From a virus (taxonomy: Duplodnaviria; Caudoviricetes): a DNA stretch of 33,578 bases. The first letter of the stretch is position 1, and each line of letters starts with the position of its first letter. The translations under genes were made by a program, and so were the position numbers. The notes beneath the pieces were generated by a model. The model did no database searches and was not told the origin of the DNA. It was given only the letters and a program-made list of their open reading frames with translations. The stretch lies in IMG/VR virus record IMGVR_UViG_3300020045_013871, positions 1-33,578 of that record, one strand, 5' to 3'. This document shows positions 33,316 through 33,578 of this stretch, one piece after another.

Positions 33316-33578
33316 TTAGCCGACGATGGTCATATCGTAGCCGTAAGCGGCTGCGGTTGTTCCGTTTGGCATAAAGGCCAGCCGGAAACTGGCTACAATG
33401 TGCTGAGTGTCGGAGGCGATCTCTACCAGGCCCCGGCTGGGGACTTCAATAGTGATACGCCGCCCAAACCCAACTAACCAGCGGTCAGGCCGTACCAGGA
33501 GAAACGCGCCTTTGGTGTTGCTGCCGCCGGTGTTGTTGATATAACCGCTGCTGTCAGTCTTGGCGAAGCGGTCACTTA
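33316..33578 (-). CDS. Major capsid protein, C-terminal part (5' partial)
   Basis: Translated by hand: SDRFAKTDSSGYINNTGGSNTKGAFLLVRPDRWLVGFGRRITIE...HIVASFRLAF...AAAYGYDMTIVG*; HK97-like C-terminus upstream of the connector. Confidence 0.75.
   Translation of the reverse strand, partial: SDRFAKTDSSGYINNTGGSNTKGAFLLVRPDRWLVGFGRRITIEVPSRGLVEIASDTQHIVASFRLAFMPNGTTAAAYGYDMTIVG

Larger units (their letters stand above)
1..33578. mobile_element. Tailed dsDNA phage/prophage genome fragment (siphovirus-like)
   Basis: Capsid-connector-gp10-terminator-tail tube-tape measure-tail tip gene order, plus primase, helicase, RecT-like and many small ORFs; no host housekeeping operons. Confidence 0.95.

Noticed and set aside
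1-33578. tRNA, rRNA, integrase, terminase, portal
   Set aside because: No cloverleaf or catalytic motifs recognised by eye; such genes may lie outside the window. tRNAscan-SE and HMM searches would be decisive.

Overview
This window is a 33.6-kb fragment of a tailed dsDNA phage or prophage with a siphovirus-like morphogenesis module. A Chloroflexota host is suggested but not proven. From left to right it has four parts. (i) A leftward replication/nuclease operon, 1-8274: replication initiator, DnaB-like helicase, primase, HNH and PD-(D/E)XK nucleases, DUF4326, radical SAM, LexA-like wHTH, VRR-NUC-like nuclease and an HTH protein. At its left end an inversion or chimeric junction (~424-430) truncates both the initiator and the helicase. 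(ii) Divergent sigma70 promoters at ~8290-8405 driving a rightward early operon of small genes, two pentapeptide-repeat paralogs and a RecT-like annealase. (iii) A separately promoted membrane-protein/HTH module and a small three-gene operon, 12505-15458. (iv) A leftward structural module, 15496-33578: capsid C-terminus, two signal-peptide-bearing proteins, connector, gp10-like protein, methyltransferase and GT2 glycosyltransferase, tail terminator, tail tube, tape measure, a stand-alone GlyRS DALR domain, beta-helix/LamG fibre, Dit/hub-like proteins and a 22-repeat Ser/Thr-rich protein. The most notable signals are: two AT-rich nuclease cassettes, each with its own promoter and a multi-state RNA leader built on a 26-bp stem, one with a second target copy 1.6 kb away; a captured tRNA-synthetase anticodon-binding domain; a virion-glycosylation-like pair; and a short sequence motif shared by four structural-region proteins. 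No integrase, CI repressor, lysis, terminase or portal genes, tRNA or CRISPR array were seen. All family calls come from motif recognition by eye, not database searches.
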